DNA of 64,000 nucleotides from positions 132,811 through 196,810 of the forward strand of contig NZ_RAVX01000011.1 in assembly GCF_003611605.1 (NCBI RefSeq). The letters are read 5' to 3'. The notes under the pieces are model-generated. The model had not been told where the DNA came from. It saw only the letters and a program-made list of their open reading frames with translations, and did no database searches. Below, piece after piece: positions 62,767 to 64,000 of the stretch. Every line of letters starts with the position of its first letter. The first letter of the stretch is position 1. The DNA is from Corallococcus sp. AB011P. GTDB taxonomy: Bacteria > Myxococcota > Myxococcia > Myxococcales > Myxococcaceae. A program made the translations under genes and the position numbers.

Positions 62767-64000
62767 CTACGGGTTGAGCTCCACCACTGCGTCGGCTTCC
62801 TGGACGTGCACGCCGGAGGTGGTCGCGTTGCCGACGGCGGCCACGCGCGAGCCGCCCAGGATGATGACGGAGTGGGCATACGGATCCGGCGGCGGCTCCG
62901 GCGGGAGGGGCCGGATGCCCGCGTCCTGCACCGGCTTGGGGCCGGTGGTGTCGCCCGTGTAGAACGAGTCCGCCAGCACCTCGTGCAGCACGGAGACGTT
63001 GAGGATGCTCTCCTTCACCGTGGACGCCGCCGAGTCGATGCCGAGCACGCTCTTGTCCACCAGCTGGAGCGCCTTCTTCGGGTCGCCCTCCGCCGCGGCC
63101 AGCACGGAGCGCACCTGGCCCTGCACGTCCTCGGGCCTGTCCGCGTGCATCGCGACGCGGTCCACCAGGTCCCGCAGCGCGCTCGTGGGTGAGTCGTCCT
63201 TCGTCACCGCGATGCCGTAGAGCGTCCGGGCCGCCATGGTCACGTCCATGGTCGCGGGCAGCTTCGAGCGGACGTCTTGCATGGTGGGGAGGTCCAGCAC
63301 GCCCTTGGAAGGGAACTCCGGCCCGACCTGGGGCGGGAGGGGAACGGGTTGGGTGACGAGCTCCGCGAGCAGCGTGGAGAAGGCGTCGCTCGCCACGTCG
63401 CGGCGGCGCTGGAGGCCGCCCAGGAGCAGCTCCTGGTCCAGGGGCACGCCCAGGGTGGAGCCTCCGCCCACGGGAATCTGGAGCGTGAGCGTGTCCGAGG
63501 GCATCAGCCACTGGGGGCGCAGCACCGGGCGGGGCGGCGTCACCGTCTCCGCGCCCAGCACCACGTTGCCGGTGAAGGTCACCGGCGCGCGCTCCACGCG
63601 CAGGACGACGACGTTCACCGCGTCCAGGCACTGGCACCGGTTGCCGCTGAAGACGGTGGAGTCCGCGCGGCGCAGGTACACCGCGCCCACGGCGCCCTCG
63701 CTGCGCAGCTCGTTGCCGGACACGGCGGCGGAGATGACCGCGCCGCCGTTGCCCAGCAGGAGCAGCGCCGGGCCTCGCGCGGTGATGTCGTTGCCCTCCA
63801 CCTGCACGCCCCGCTTCTCCTTCACCACCGGGCTCGGGAGGATGGGGATGGGCTTGACGAGGAAGTCCACCAGCGCGGGCTGCACCAGCGCCGTCGTCGC
63901 CGAGAGGTAGCGCGACGCCGCCGCGCTGGCGCTCAGGCTGGGCGCGGAGTCCGCGGCCGTCACCGTGAGCGCGCGGTTGAGCACCGGCCCCGAGGCGAAC
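62767..64000 (-). CDS. C-terminal part of a large protein with parallel beta-helix-type repeats (tail-fibre/receptor-binding-like); the N-terminus lies outside the window
   Basis: Frame open to the window end. Repeats such as GNDITARGPALLLLGNGGAVISAAVSGNELRSEGAVGAVYLRRADSTVFSGNRCQC. Coding-like codon usage. Confidence 0.55.
   Translation of the reverse strand, partial: FASGPVLNRALTVTAADSAPSLSASAAASRYLSATTALVQPALVDFLVKPIPILPSPVVKEKRGVQVEGNDITARGPALLLLGNGGAVISAAVSGNELRSEGAVGAVYLRRADSTVFSGNRCQCLDAVNVVVLRVERAPVTFTGNVVLGAETVTPPRPVLRPQWLMPSDTLTLQIPVGGGSTLGVPLDQELLLGGLQRRRDVASDAFSTLLAELVTQPVPLPPQVGPEFPSKGVLDLPTMQDVRSKLPATMDVTMAARTLYGIAVTKDDSPTSALRDLVDRVAMHADRPEDVQGQVRSVLAAAEGDPKKALQLVDKSVLGIDSAASTVKESILNVSVLHEVLADSFYTGDTTGPKPVQDAGIRPLPPEPPPDPYAHSVIILGGSRVAAVGNATTSGVHVQEADAVVELNP

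Noticed and set aside
62519-63637. 372-aa minus-strand ORF overlapping the beta-helix gene
   Set aside because: Arg/Pro/Gly-rich junk frame. The alternative frame (62767..) has beta-helix repeats and coding-like usage.

Overview
High-GC (about 70%) window, gene content and codon usage typical of a Myxococcales (Myxococcus/Corallococcus-like) chromosome. The MYXO-CTERM sorting signal and the Ser/Thr-kinase fused to an anti-sigma-type domain fit this. Read 5' to 3', the main blocks are:
(1) 1-7.8 kb, a chemosensory operon: cheA (3' part), cheW, a soluble MCP whose sensor is a truncated (2/2) haemoglobin plus PAS domains, an ABC1/UbiB-type kinase, an ABM monooxygenase, cheB and cheR.
(2) 7.8-17.3 kb, housekeeping/accessory genes: lipid kinase, a Fic-like gene translationally coupled to two paralogous unknown genes, Hsp20, PhzF, a DUF481 outer-membrane protein, proC, and an ArsR/P450/ABM module.
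(3) 17.4-30.3 kb, secreted and predation-type genes: aminopeptidase N, repeat-containing secreted proteins, a PKD-Kelch lipoprotein, SDR, LysR, phenylalanine hydroxylase with a C-terminal extension, and a LysM/lysozyme-like/C39-like multidomain lysin.
(4) 30.3-33.6 kb, a MYXO-CTERM protein, a full-length bacterial homologue of eukaryotic major vault protein (MVP), and a small Cys-rich secreted peptide.
(5) 33.8-41 kb, serC, an ECF sigma factor, a lipoprotein, a Ser/Thr kinase carrying an N-terminal zf-HC2 anti-sigma-like domain and a C-terminal beta-propeller, sodB, and a flavin reductase.
(6) 41-64 kb, the most unusual part. On the + strand, an AAA+ ATPase is followed by a 2713-aa protein with a disordered N-terminus, at least four annexin repeats, a transmembrane segment and a C-terminal HExxH motif, then three coupled small genes. 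On the - strand, converging on it, is a run of 10 overlapping (ATGA-coupled) genes that includes a phage gpV/gp5-like baseplate spike and a beta-helix fibre-like protein. I read this as a non-canonical contractile-injection-system/tailocin-like locus with a giant candidate effector.
A 27-bp perfect palindrome (AAACCTGTCCGACTGTCGGACAGGTTT) occurs five times: twice near 14 kb and inside three tandem 110-bp repeats at 54.55-54.88 kb, between the two convergent operons. No rRNA, tRNA or CRISPR arrays were seen. Coordinates were derived from the ORF track plus codon offsets; start codons are the least certain element.
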